NCBI GenBank assembly: GCA_000708835.1
Contig: DF237227.1
Span: 49,802 to 113,801, forward strand
DNA from: Klebsormidium nitens
Taxonomy: Eukaryota > Plantae > Klebsormidiophyceae
Length of the DNA: 64,000 bases
Direction of reading: 5' to 3'
Each line of letters starts with the position of its first letter. Position 1 is the stretch's first letter. Both the position numbers and the translations under genes were made by a program. The notes below the pieces were generated by a model that had not been told where the DNA came from, searched no databases, and worked only from the letters and a program-made list of their open reading frames with translations. Positions 52,596 through 64,000 of the stretch are shown here, one piece after another.

Positions 52596-55017
52596 ATGAC
52601 TCAACAAGAAAAACAATCTCCGAAAGCTCCGGCGTCAATCCCAGTTGAGGACACGGAGGCGGCGTCATTTGCGAACTCGTCTGTCAAAAGTGGATTGCTC
52701 GACCAAACTGACGGTTGGATGCTGCAGCCTGGCGGGGAGGTTGCAACCAAAGACAAAGCGGCAGCTCGACAGCGGGCGCAGGAAGCGCTGGACGCTGTGC
52801 AGCGGGCGGTGGAAGGCGATAAGCTATGGGGCAACGCAGAGTGGTAAGTTCGAAACTGCGAGCTACGCAGCGAGGACAGTTATACAATGTCCCGTCTGCT
52901 TGATTCCACAACGTCTCCGACCTGATTCACGTGATGTGCTTTGAGTCACTTGACCATCCGTCTTGTCGTCCAGGTTGATCCCTGCTTCACCATCTTTACT
53001 CTATCACAATTTCATTTTCGTAGACGTAGGAAGACATCATGATTTGGGCTATGTGGCAGCGTGTAAGGTGGAGCGTATTGTGGGTCTGCAGCGGTACTTT
53101 CATCACTAGACGCATGCTCCCTTCTGAAACTGGTCAAAGCTAATCGTATCCTCTGGATTTTCCCATCTCTGAAGCTCGTTGGGGATCTGGTGCTATTATG
53201 ACTGTAAAACGTCTCTGACTTACCTGAGAGAACCGGATCTCCTTCTCTTGTGCCTTTCGTGCACTTTTGGTAACGAAGGCCAAACAATCGCATTAGAATT
53301 TGACGAAAGAACGACTTGCTTCTGCGGCTTTCAAGTCAAGGGCAGCAAAGAAGAAAAGAATGGTCACAACCAGCCCGTGGCTACTGCTCCCCACCCGGTT
53401 ATGAAGGCGTCTTCAATAAGAAGCTTGTTTGCGTTGGTATCGTACGCTTTAGCAGAGTTTGTTCCTCAACCCCGCTGGGTTTTGCAGGAGGAGAATGAGC
53501 GTAAACGCGAAGGAAGAGAAATGGAGCTCGCAGCAAGACAGAACTGACAAAGCTGCTGCCCCGCCATTGAACGACACTCTCCGTGGATCCTCCTCGGCCC
53601 ACCACCCCTGCATATGCGCGTGCTTATCTACGGTTCTAGGGCCCCGAAAGCTGCCACGTGGCGAGCATCGGGTTGCTACACCCAACGGTCTCGAAACGAG
53701 GAGCGGCTCATGGCAGGAGGCGAGCGGAGATGAGGACACAGATGTAGGCGAGGAGAGTTTTGAGGATGTAATTGAGTCGGAGAAAGGTCGGAGAGTGGTC
53801 GAGGAAAGGTATGATCCGGAGAGTGAAGAAGGGGACCCTCGGGCCAGAAGAGCGGCCGCGGATGCGCAGCGCGCGGCCGAGCGCGCGCGCCTGGAGCGGC
53901 TGTGCCTAGAGCTCGCGCGCCTTGAGGCGCGGCTGCAGGACGTGGTGACACGTGGCAGGACAAGCCGGCCACGAGGCTCGAGCTACGAGAGCCGTCCACG
54001 AAACCCAAGCTATGAGAGCCGGCCGCGAACCGCAAGCTACGAGAGCGAGGGATCCCCCCAGTTCGAGGACAAACGGACCATCTTCGAACGGGCGGCCCCG
54101 GTGGCGCGAAGAGCGCCCCCCGAGGACTATAAACCCCGATCCAGGGGCGCGCCTTGGAGCGCGCGCGCGCACGCGCCCGGCGCGCAAATCGAGCCGCAAT
54201 GGGGGAAGTCGGAAGCGGCGGGTTTGGCGCGCGGCGCGTACGAGGCCGCGCGGATGTGTCGCTTGGGCGTCAAACCCTGCGCGTACCGCCGGCGGAATTC
54301 CGCCGGAGAACGGGCCGGAAAGGGGAGGGGGCATGAAGATGCGCGCTGCTGCGACGGGTGTGGGTCTCCCACGGTGGAGCCCACGTGGGCCACGTGCGCT
54401 GACGTGGGTCGGGGTATCAGGGGTGAAGAGCTGGTTCGCCTGAAGAGGTGAGAAACGAAAGTGGGGTCCTTGGGGAATTAACGAAGACGGCTTTACGACG
54501 GCGCTAGTAGGAACGGCCTCGTGAAAGTATAGATCAAGAAAAGAGGGAGGCCAAGTTGAAGGGAGATTCTTGCGAGGTCCTGGGGGATCAAAGTTCAGAA
54601 AGGAACTTTGGAGGGTCCAGATCCGAGTCTTTCGTAGACTTCGGTTTAAACCTTTCGACTTCATCTGAGATGGTTCCTTCTTGGCAACGATCGCTGAACT
54701 GACGAACTACTTTTCCAAAACGCACATATGTTGCTAGTCCTTTCCACCGTATACTCAACGCCCTGTCCCTGGCTGCAGACACCACCGCGCGCTGAGCGCG
54801 CACTGCCGACGGCAGGTGAGCGCGCTCCGGGAAGTCGCCGCCCGCGCGCGCGTCGCCGAGGGCCTCGCCACCAGAGCCGCGCGCGCGGCCGCGGCCGCGA
54901 CTCACCCCGCGGCGGGCTCCCTCTGCGGGCCGGCTGCGGTGTGCAGGAGCCGTGAAGGGGGCGGCCCGCTTTGGCTCTGCTGAGGCTGCCTGGGGGTGTG
55001 GACATGAGGGAACTTGA
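52596..55017 (+). CDS. Hypothetical R/A/E-rich protein with predicted coiled coils and SYESRP repeats. Exons 52596-52843, 53488-54447, 54779-55017; possibly 5'-incomplete
   Basis: Three GC-rich open segments join in frame at GT-AG (AEW|RRMSVN; LKR|HHRALS). No family motif recognised. Confidence 0.6.
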
Positions 55018-56499
55018 AACGGATGTGATCAGAATCAGAGAACGATGTGTATATGAGTGTAAAAGCGGGTTTTCGGAAGGGCCCGTACTCAGATGAGCGG
55101 TGGACCAATCTGACAGCGGGGGCGACGGAAGTTCGGCCCGGCCAAAAAGATGGTGGATGCTTTGGACCTGGCAAATTCTGAAAGGAACGAAGGCTCGGGC
55201 CCGCACTCGAGGTCAGTTTGTCAGATCAGGACATGTTCGGTTCAGTAAAGAACGATGCGTGAAAGAGCTTTAAGCCTTTGTCACATTGAAGCGAGAGGCG
55301 AGCAGCGTGTGTGTGTGCGGGTCACTTGGAACCGTTGGCCATGCTTTATGAACAAGCCACTGTCGAGACGTACCGATCCATACGTCGAACCTGCGGCCCG
55401 GTCACTGGTCTCCTTTCGAAACGACTTCAGGTTGGACCATTGCAGTGCATGCTGGCATTCGATCAACCTGATGCATCAACTTAAGATCGGTCACTTTGTA
55501 ACTTGAGACCCAGAATTTATGACACATGCAGTTGCAACTTCATCATTCTGCATGCAATGATGGACTCACTCAGTGAGCAGATCCTCAATTAACTTGCAAC
55601 ACAATAACTAGTAAAGCTTTGAGCTAGGCCGGCCCGCCGCAATATCGCAATATCGCCCGATCCACATCAGGCAGCATACAATATATGGCTTCAAGAGTGA
55701 CCATGCATAGCAGATGATAGATTGTCGCCGCCCGATCTCTACGGCGCGGCGTCCGTTGACCGTACCTTGACATGCATGCACAAAATGAACTGATCATGAA
55801 TTGATATGCAACGAGCACGCGTGGGTCCAGCACACCGTGCACTCTTTAGAGTGCAGCAATGACTGACAAAGCATTGGACTATTTTCTATGTAAGTCTGCG
55901 AGGCAGACGACTAGACCTGTACATTAAGCTGAAGCGGCCCTTCGCTTGACCGGTTGCCAATTTGTTTTTGTACTTGTGGTTCGTTGGCAAATGCTGCCTG
56001 GTGCTGACATTCTTTGCACCTCCACACTATCTGCTTCAATCAATGTTCGGCGCACGAGCTCGATGTCATGCGCGCTGCGATGGATCGTCCTTGTCCGTTC
56101 ATGGACGATCCCAGTCCGTTTTTGATATATGTATGGTACAGCATGCAATAGCTATAAAGTAGCGCTAGATTTACTCTTCGGGCTGCCTCCGGTCAGTCGA
56201 TCGTTTCTCCTCGAGCAATGGACTACGACCCTGTGATCTTTGTTTTCGTCTGCGGAACCAAAGATAATCTTAGTGAGCCGAAAGCGATTTGGCGTAAGCC
56301 CATAAACCAGTGTACAAGAGCGTTTTCGTGACGTGACTTGATGCAGAACCGCAAACTCGCTACAAGACGGCAAGACGGAAATTCGACTAGAGACTGAACT
56401 ACTCTCTTCCCGCGGAATAATAAGCATAAGCGTTCCAAACGTCCACGTCGTTCGAACCGATGAACAAGGAGGAGACCTTTGAGAAAGTAGCCCGCCCCC

Positions 56500-59400
56500 T
56501 CATGAGCTTTCGAACCCCGAACATTGCGTGAAACCCCATAAAAGGCCGGTAACAAGGTCCAGCAAGGGCAATGGCAAAACGCAACGTTTACGAAAGCTAG
56601 CTGCGGTCATTCTGCGTGCCGCAGAGAGACCTCTGGAATCGTTTTCTGCACCAAGCGACTCGTTGCGACCAGACTCTTCAACCGGGTCTTTCGGTGGGGT
56701 CCTTGAAACGCGGCGTCTCTCACCGGTTCTTTGCAGCGTTTGGTTCCAGCGAAGCGTACGGAGTCGAAAACGCGGGTTTGAGGGAAACATGCAAGCGTGT
56801 AGACGAGCTTTTGATTGTCTAAAAACGTCAAAAGGGTTTCACCTTTCGAGAATCGCGGCAACTCGCTCAGGTCCTAACCCCAGGTACACGACCAGCGACA
56901 GATATGCGGCCGCGCCTAGGGCGAGCGCCACGTGTACGGCTGCGATTCGCGGGGCTTGCGTGATGGCGAACACGACCAGCAGGTAGCCGTTGATGGACAA
57001 CACCAGCAGCACGATCAGCCAGCACAGCACCTGGACGTGGACGGAACCGGAACGGAATGTGAGCTCGGAAACGGATTGGTATCGTGACCCTGGAAACGTA
57101 GGCGGGGGAGCCCTTGCAAACGGTGTGATCGGACAAAGTGTCGAACGTGTCTAATGAGGTCGTCACGAAGCTGTGAAGCGGATTGACGCGCAAAACGCGA
57201 AGCTGGCGAAACAGGCGCGTTGCGAAATTGTGCCGCGGATGCATGCTCTCAAAACATCAAGTTTCGGATACTGAAGTAAACTCTCATACATGTCAAGCTT
57301 TATGGCAGCGCATATATCATGATGTGCATGATACCTGCCCCACTTCGGCAAGGTCGTCCCGACCGGCCTAATACTGATCCATACCTTGATCAGCGCCTGA
57401 CTTTACATTTTGGATTGATCCAGATTTATAAGATACCGGGCCACATCGCTAGCTTGCGCACAAAGAAGAGGCTCAACAGGAACAAACGTCGCCTCGAACA
57501 ATCGTTGCTGTTGAGAGCACCGCTCAAAGCTCTTCAAACACAACGGACGGAGCGACGATTGCCCGTACACCGAGTTCATGACGATGCAACACAAAGAAGG
57601 AAGCGCTTCTTGACCTTACCGTTCTCGTTTTGCTGATGACAAAGGGCCCCATGACGGACCGGGATGACGCCAGCATCATGAGCGGAAGCAGCGCGAACGG
57701 AACTTGGACGGACTGCAACACGTTGACCCACTGGTTCTGCAACGAAAACGAAAACGGTCAGGTCAAGGGGGAGCAGTACTCGTGACGCTAGTTGAAATAT
57801 TGAGCGGCCCCCCGAAAAGTTCGACGACTTGTCGAAACTCTGACCGTTGACGATTCGAACTTTCTCAGATCTTAAAACAAGAGTCAAGCTGGATGTGGTG
57901 GGACATTCCATGGAAATTTTCGTTGATGCTCTTCAAAGTCCCAGCGCAAACCTTCTTCAACCCGGAGACCAATAAGAAGGGGGCCTCGGGAAATATTCTC
58001 GCAAGAAAGCTCACAAGGGTGCCCGTTTCACACTCAAACCTCAGAAGCCTACGTCAGCGGTGTGTACACTCACAAGCACTCTTAAAAGTCTTAGCGCGAA
58101 GTTTCTTCGACCCGGACCAATAAGAAGGACGCCTCAGGTGACATCCTTGCAAGAAAGCTTTCCACGGTGCCCGTTCACACGCAAAACTTGGAAAGCTATG
58201 TCAGCGGTGTGTACACTCACACGCACTCTTAAAGTCTTAGCGCGGAGTTCTTTAACTCGGACCAACAAGAAGGACGCCTTAGGTGATATCCTCGCGAAGA
58301 AAGCTCTCCACGGTGCCCATTTACACGGGAAACTTGGAACCCTATCTCAACGGTTTAAACACTCACAAGCACTCTAGAAGCCCCAGCGCGAGGTTCCTCC
58401 AACCCGGACCAATAAGAAGGAGGCCTCAGGTACTTCCCTCGCAGAGAATCTCTCTACCGGTGCCCGTTTACACACGAAACTCGGAAGCCTATCTCAACGG
58501 TGTAAATACTCACAAGCACTCTAGAAGCCCCAGCGCGAAGTTTCTTCAACAGGGACCAATGAAAAGGAGGCCTCAGGTGATATCCTCGCAAGACACCCCT
58601 CCACGTTGCCCGTTCCACACTCATACCTCAGAAGCCTACGTCAGCGGTGTGTACACTCACAAGCACTCTAGAAGCCCCAGCGCGAAGTTTCTCCAACCCG
58701 GACCAATAAGAAGGAGGCCTCAGGTACTTCCCTCGCAGAGAATCTCTCTACCGGTGCCCGTTCACACACGAGACTAAGAAGGCTTTGTCAGCGGTGTGAA
58801 TACTCACAAGGACGTCCAGTTGGCTCCCCCGCTCGCTGCCAAAGTAGACGGCCACAGCCATCGTCGGAACGATCGCAAAGCACCGAGTGATCAGCACTCG
58901 TTTCCACGCCTTTATTTTCCAGTTGAGGAAGCCGCTCATCACGAACTGGCCGGCGTAAGTGCCAGTCATGGTGCTGCTCTGGCCTGCGGCGAGGAGACCT
59001 GAACGGAACGGAGCGGAATGTCAGAGCGGAAGTGGAGAGGACCATTTTTATGTCGCGCCTTTATTTTCCAGTTGAGGAAGCCGCTCATCACGAACTGGCC
59101 GGCGTACGTTCCGGTCATGGTGCTGCTCTGGCCGGCCGCGAGGAGACCTGAACGGAACCCGGGCGGAATGTCAGAGCGGAACGGGGGAGCACAAAACTTG
59201 TTTCCACGCCTTTATCTTCCAGTTGAAAAAGCGGCTCATCACGAACTGGCCCGCGTAAGTGCCAGTCATGGTACTGCTTTGGCCCGCGAGACCTGAGTGG
59301 AATGCGGGCGGAATCTCGGCGGAACCGTGGAGTACAGCACTCAACTCTGTGCCTGAAGTGCAATTGACGAAGCCGCGAGTCGCATGTCACGTGGCATGCA

Positions 59401-62400
59401 CGTATCTGAAAAGGAATCACTTTAGTGGAAATGGGTTCACGCAAAACTCCGTCGTGAAATTCCAAGCACAGTCATAATCGAAGCTCAGCCCTTCCGATCA
59501 GCCACCTAGGGCACTTTCATTTAAGTCAATCGTTCACTCTGCAACAGACTGACTAATGTACACTGATGTCTTTACTAAAACTAGACGGTATGTTTTACTA
59601 TAACTAGAAGGTTGGTCAAAAAGAGCTTAGCAAGTCGCGTGAGCTTCGTACCTATGGCCCACACGTATTGCATCGGCACGAAGCCGAGCCCCCCGAAGTG
59701 TTTCTTCAAATACTCCGCCGCATTCGCCATCCCAATAAGCTTCGCCTGGGGCTTCCCAAAGAACGCCTTCGCGAAGACGGTCGTCAGAAATACGTTGATC
59801 AGGAAGGAGAGTATCAGTGCCGCCGTGCTCTCGATCGAGTAGTAGCGCAGTGACTCGCGGACGCGCGACTCGTTGCGGGTGTCGATGCTGCGGGATTGAA
59901 CGAGGGCGGAATGCAGAAAAACCTGCAGAGAAGAACGGTTTGAGATTGGAGTACCCTGGTCTAATTGGAGCTTTCCAAGTTCTTGAATTCTCAATCACAG
60001 ACAGCAATTTGCGCCGAGATTGTCTCATTGAATGCTTAACGTCAACATTTAGCTGACACTATCGAACGGCCCGGAATGCATATGGAAGAAAGGCCGGCTG
60101 CGCAGGGCAGCGCAGATGGGTCACCCAGGAATGGGTAGGAGGCACAGCGCAGTAGCATTTACTTCGACAGTGGACTTTACAGCCTTCTGCATCCGAATCA
60201 GACGCTTCCACCGCAAATCCGACAAGCGTCTCAAACTCAACGACACAGGGAGACCGGAAGACCGAAGGGGAACCTGACAAGGAATTTGGGCAGGCAATGG
60301 AGATTCATGGTAACCGGACGCTTCCGGAAACGGCGCAGCCGGACGCTCACGTTGTGCGGCATGATGACTGCCCCTACAATCGCCACTGCTTGCTGGATGG
60401 CACTCGGAGCGACGTACGGAACAAGGAGGCCTGCGGGAGAAGAAAGCGACTCAAGGGCTCGACCGCAATTTCGCAGGACGGATGTGCTTCTGCAGTTCGG
60501 ATGCGTGTTTTGGATATCACGTCTGCCGCCGTTCCATGCGGTTTCGTCACGGTAGTGCTGGCCTCCTGCAACAAAGGCATCAAATCGTGTACTGCGGAGC
60601 TGTCCAGCCACGATTTTCTCGTCCGAAGCAAATGGATCTTTTTGTGAGCCCAATATTTTTGAGACTGGTAACACCACCATTAGTAGAGTGCGAGAAACCC
60701 TGAGGAAAAGCCAAGCCGATAAGTCAAGTGACTCATCAAATAGGAGAGGCATGGTGTAACTTTATCAATTTGTAATGAAGACCGGAGAGAAGTGGCCCGA
60801 AAGCAGTCTACCTCGTAAGGAGAGGCCTTACGTAGAATCAGTTGGCAGACCCGGATGAGATGGGAGAAACTAGATAGTGACCCCAGACGAGTGGGGCCGC
60901 AGAAGGGGGATCAGAGCAATAGAAACAACCAGTACGACCGGGGGCCACGAGCAATCATGGCGGAGTGGTGACTGTCCCACACATGCAAGCGCCTCGTCAA
61001 ACAGAGGCCGAACATATCCAGTCTTCCCCGATGGTTGCTTGTTGAGATCGGCTTCCTGAGTTGGACTCGTCACTACTAACCCTGTGAAAGCGGCTTCAAA
61101 GCAAAAGGCCGCTTCCAAAGAGGATTCACTTCCTGACTCCCTGAGCAAAGATGGTTCCGACTGGAGTGCTCCAGGTGCAACTTTCAAGCGATTGGGGTGC
61201 ACATCTGACAGAATCTATCAACAAGATTGCAAACATCAAACACGTCAGCAAATCTGCTCACCTTTGGCGATTGCGACGGGGTTCGGACGTGCCTCCACGA
61301 AGAGTCGCGCAAAGGCGATGGCCATAATGCCGATCAGGCAGCCCAGGAACGCCTCAAGCTTGCGCACGCCGATCTGTTCCAGGAAGAGAAACAGTGTGCT
61401 GCGAGAGGCCGAGGAACAAAGTTAGCTCTTCAACCTCAGGACGGCAAAGTGGCAAAATGTGATCGCAGCGCTTCAATTTCCAGCTTGCAAATTTTCCACG
61501 GCCAACGTTCAGGGCCCTCCGGCTCCATGAGAGATTGAGCGTTGTAAGCAGGTCACGTACAGGGACACGAGAGTATTGCAAAGTTACTAAAAGCGACCGA
61601 CTCTGTCTGCCTTTTGATATGCTACATGAAGATTTGTTGATCAAAGGTACTTGCAAGGTCGATTCTAGGCGTTGATGATAAAGAGTGTCATCAGCGGGCT
61701 ACAGGTGCGCACGAATGGTCATAAGCATGATCAAGTCAAATACATCTGATAAAGACATTTCTTAAGTCAAACTGGCTGTGATCCCTCGGTCCACTCCTCC
61801 AATCCCGAAACACCCAGCCCGTTGCATTTACACACCACCCAGACATCTCAGTATCGGTGGACTGTTCTCGAAAGTTCACTGTGTTTAACTCCTCCCTTCT
61901 TCATGTCCTCAAAGCTGGTCAAAAGTTGTCTCTTCTCACCTGTCTGCTGCCGTAACCAGCACTCCGACCCAAAGGGGAACACGGCCGTTGCTCAAAATCT
62001 GGATGGCGATCGCCGTCCCAATCACCTCTTGAATATCCGCCCCAACAATTGCAATCTCGGTCATTATCCACAGAATGATACGTGGAACAAAGGGATACTT
62101 CTCTCGACACAACTCGGCGAGGTGCTTCCCTGTTGCGACGCCTAAGCGAGCGGCTGTCAGCTGGATAATCTGCAGCAGCAGGAAAATGGATGTTTTGTTG
62201 GTCTGATGCACTTAGCGAGGAACTGTTGGCCAGCTTATGCATTGCCGACATGTTGATGAGGGATATTTATCAAGGTGAATATCTTTCAACAGACACGGGA
62301 GCAAGGCTAGACACATATTGAAGCAGTTTAACGGGGGCAATGAGCTCCTGCTGTCAGAACATAGGAACCTTCTGTTAAGAAGGAGAAATTAACGTATTCG

Positions 62401-63019
62401 AAAAGATGAATGTGAGACTTGCTCTCCTTTCATCAACAAACTGAGAAGCACCTAATAAGCCACTGCGTTTACAACTGTTGCCCAGAGAGCGTGCACACCA
62501 CTCTCGTTCTAATCAGGCAAGAGAATGAAACTTACATGAATGGCACTACGTTCAGGACTGTTGCCCAGAGAGCGTCCACACCACTCTCGTTTTGATCAGG
62601 CAAGAGCATGAAACTTACATGAATGGATTCAAAGAGCAGGTGAAGGCAATGATAATCCGCCAATGAATCAAAGACAGAACGGGGCGAGAGCACGTTCTTA
62701 CCAGTCCCATTAGTGTCGCCCAGAAGAGTACCCACAGCAGCTGGTATCCCGCCTGCGCGCCCGCCTGGAGATCGCTCTCTAGATTTCCTGGGTCCAAATA
62801 CGCTATGGACATCAGGAAGCCCGGGCCCGTAAACGCCCACAGCTTTCTCCAGCTGAAAGGGGGTGGTTCGCCGCTGACATTCGGCCCCCCTTCTTCGTCA
62901 GGAAGAGGCCCATAGCCGTCAACATTGATCTGCTGAGAGTGCTCATACGCGCGGTCAGTGGATTCGCTGGGGAGGGCGTCGCTGATGGCATCGCGATCTA
63001 AGCGATCTGTAACGGCCAT
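56500..63019 (-). CDS. NRAMP: NRAMP (SLC11) divalent metal transporter. Exons 63019-62702, 62169-61940, 61398-61262, 60430-60351, 59922-59652, 58998-58808, 57736-57620, 57030-56843, plus an uncertain terminal exon near 56630-56400
   Basis: [34 protein letters not shown] (TM1 DPGN); [18 protein letters not shown] (TM6); [25 protein letters not shown] (consensus transport motif); [19 protein letters not shown]. Stop position not resolved. Confidence 0.95.
57925..58810 (-). repeat. 147-bp tandem array anchored on an NRAMP splice donor (about 6 units)
   Basis: actcac(aag) (minus strand ctt|gtgagt) starts at 58068, 58215, 58361, 58508, 58655, 58802 (the last is the live donor). Confidence 0.95.
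59030..59320 (-). repeat. Two acceptor-side echoes of the NRAMP transport-motif exon
   Basis: cag|gtctc...cagagcagcaccatgac.gg.ac.tacgc.ggccagttcgtgatgagc with exon-like starts at 59147 and 59292 (live 58998). Confidence 0.93.
62470..62625 (-). repeat. Two 83-bp tandem copies in NRAMP intron 1, containing a donor-like gtaagt and faint similarity to the exon 1 end
   Basis: gttgcccagagagcgt.cacaccactctcgtt.t.atcaggcaagag.atgaaacttacatgaatgg duplicated. Confidence 0.75.
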
Positions 63020-63565
63020 GATTGCGAGGTGTGGTTTCTTCCACCGGCTTGTACGCCAATGGTCACGGGTTGTTGTGCATGTTACTTCTTTTGACCAGCA
63101 CTTCTCACAAACAGCTCTTGGAGTACAATGCCGAGCTTGTGTACGACTGGCAGTTACTTGTTTACTTGAATGCTGATGCTTGCATCTCTCCTCTTGTACC
63201 GACAAATGTGGTCTTTGCTCCCGGAGGACGTGCTGTGCCTCTGCGTCCGGCTCCTTTCTTATAGGCACGCACCGCTGCTCGTCTTCGGTCAAATCCACTC
63301 ACAAAATGGATTCACCCTGGATCACTTCTCGATGGGGCGCTGAGGAATCCTTTCAAGCATGCCAACCAGCTGAAACTTGGGAGAGCTCCCAAAACGCGAC
63401 ATGCATTTCGTTCCCTCGTTCAGATCTGTTAAGACCAGGCTTCAGGAATTACTGCACCGGCAGTGGTCACGGTGGCAGGACCCATGCATCATTGCATGTA
63501 CAGCCAATGCCATGGCCCCAATTGAACTTGAAAGTTGAAAATTCCGGTGCTGATCGGGCTGCCAC

Positions 63566-63784
63566 CAGGGTTTCCCACAGCCGGCAAGAGAACCTGGACC
63601 TGGCCGGCCGAGAAGGGACCCCGGCCGGTGCCGAAGGCACCCCGCCGGCTGGCTAGCCGGCTGAAAATGGGGGCAAATAGTGGGCTCAGCCGGCCGGTAG
63701 AGCCAAATCCTGACTACCGAGCCGACAGAACCGGGGGGCCGCCGGCAGCTGGCGGGCCGGGACAAAAGTCCGTGGGAAACCCTG
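63566..63784. mobile_element. hAT-type MITE (219 bp)
   Basis: 13-bp perfect TIR cagggtttcccac / gtgggaaaccctg flanked by a perfect 8-bp TSD gctgccac (63558-63565 and 63785-63792). GCCGG-rich interior. Confidence 0.9.
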
Positions 63785-64000
63785 GCTGCCACACAGTGCA
63801 CCGGGCGGCGGGGCGCGCCGGCCGCGGCAGCACAACGCGGCGCAACGCGGCAGGGCGGCTATAGCTGCTGAGCTCTGCATGAGTCACCACTGACTCACGA
63901 GTGATTGACGGCCGGGTTACACCCTCCGTACACGGTACGTACCTAATTGGGGCAGTTGGTCGAAAAAGAATGAACAATCTGAGGACACCACGCTCATCAG

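Noticed and set aside
53676-55206. Long antisense and alternate-frame ORFs over GC-rich exons (also at 2048-2590, 16851-18330, 31906-32565, 34586-35237)
   Set aside because: These are shadows of real GC-rich coding exons or UTRs with few stop codons; no independent motifs.
58283-58777. 164-aa repetitive ORF (HKHSRSPSA...)
   Set aside because: It is a by-product of the 147-bp (49-codon) intronic array, antisense to NRAMP.
57925-59320. Echo arrays as assembly artefacts
   Set aside because: The copies differ from each other by many substitutions and indels, often with graded decay, unlike duplicated reads. Long-read confirmation is still advisable.
1-64000. tRNA, rRNA or other structured RNA genes
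   Set aside because: No cloverleaf or T-loop context and no rRNA-like sequence recognised by eye. A covariance-model scan was not possible, so small ncRNAs cannot be excluded.

Overview
Eukaryotic nuclear DNA with intron-rich genes (GT-AG introns, GC-rich exons). The gene set (DUF506, plant-type NRAMP, nuclear CcmE, hybrid histidine kinase) suggests a streptophyte green alga such as Klebsormidium; this taxon call is inference. Eight spliced genes were reconstructed by hand: (1) a partial uncharacterised protein with a conserved LSPKEMLEHGVFEGK...DPRGWF domain (minus), (2) an 18-exon GAF-PAS(LOV-like)-HisKA-HATPase-REC-like-REC hybrid histidine kinase, (3) mitochondrial CcmE, (4) a SnoaL/NTF2-like protein, (5) a DUF506 protein, (6) TSR1, (7) an orphan coiled-coil protein, (8) an NRAMP metal transporter. 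There are also two MITEs, one with a perfect 8-bp hAT-type target site duplication. The main unexplained signal is a set of 'splice-junction echoes'. Five of the eight genes carry tandem, decaying copies of an exon END plus its adjoining splice site, stacked inside the neighbouring intron. Periods cluster around 130-170 bp (one array steps 147,146,147,147,147 bp). Several copies differ from the live exon mostly at synonymous sites, as if taken from other functional alleles. All coordinates, alignments and counts were made by eye and need computational confirmation.
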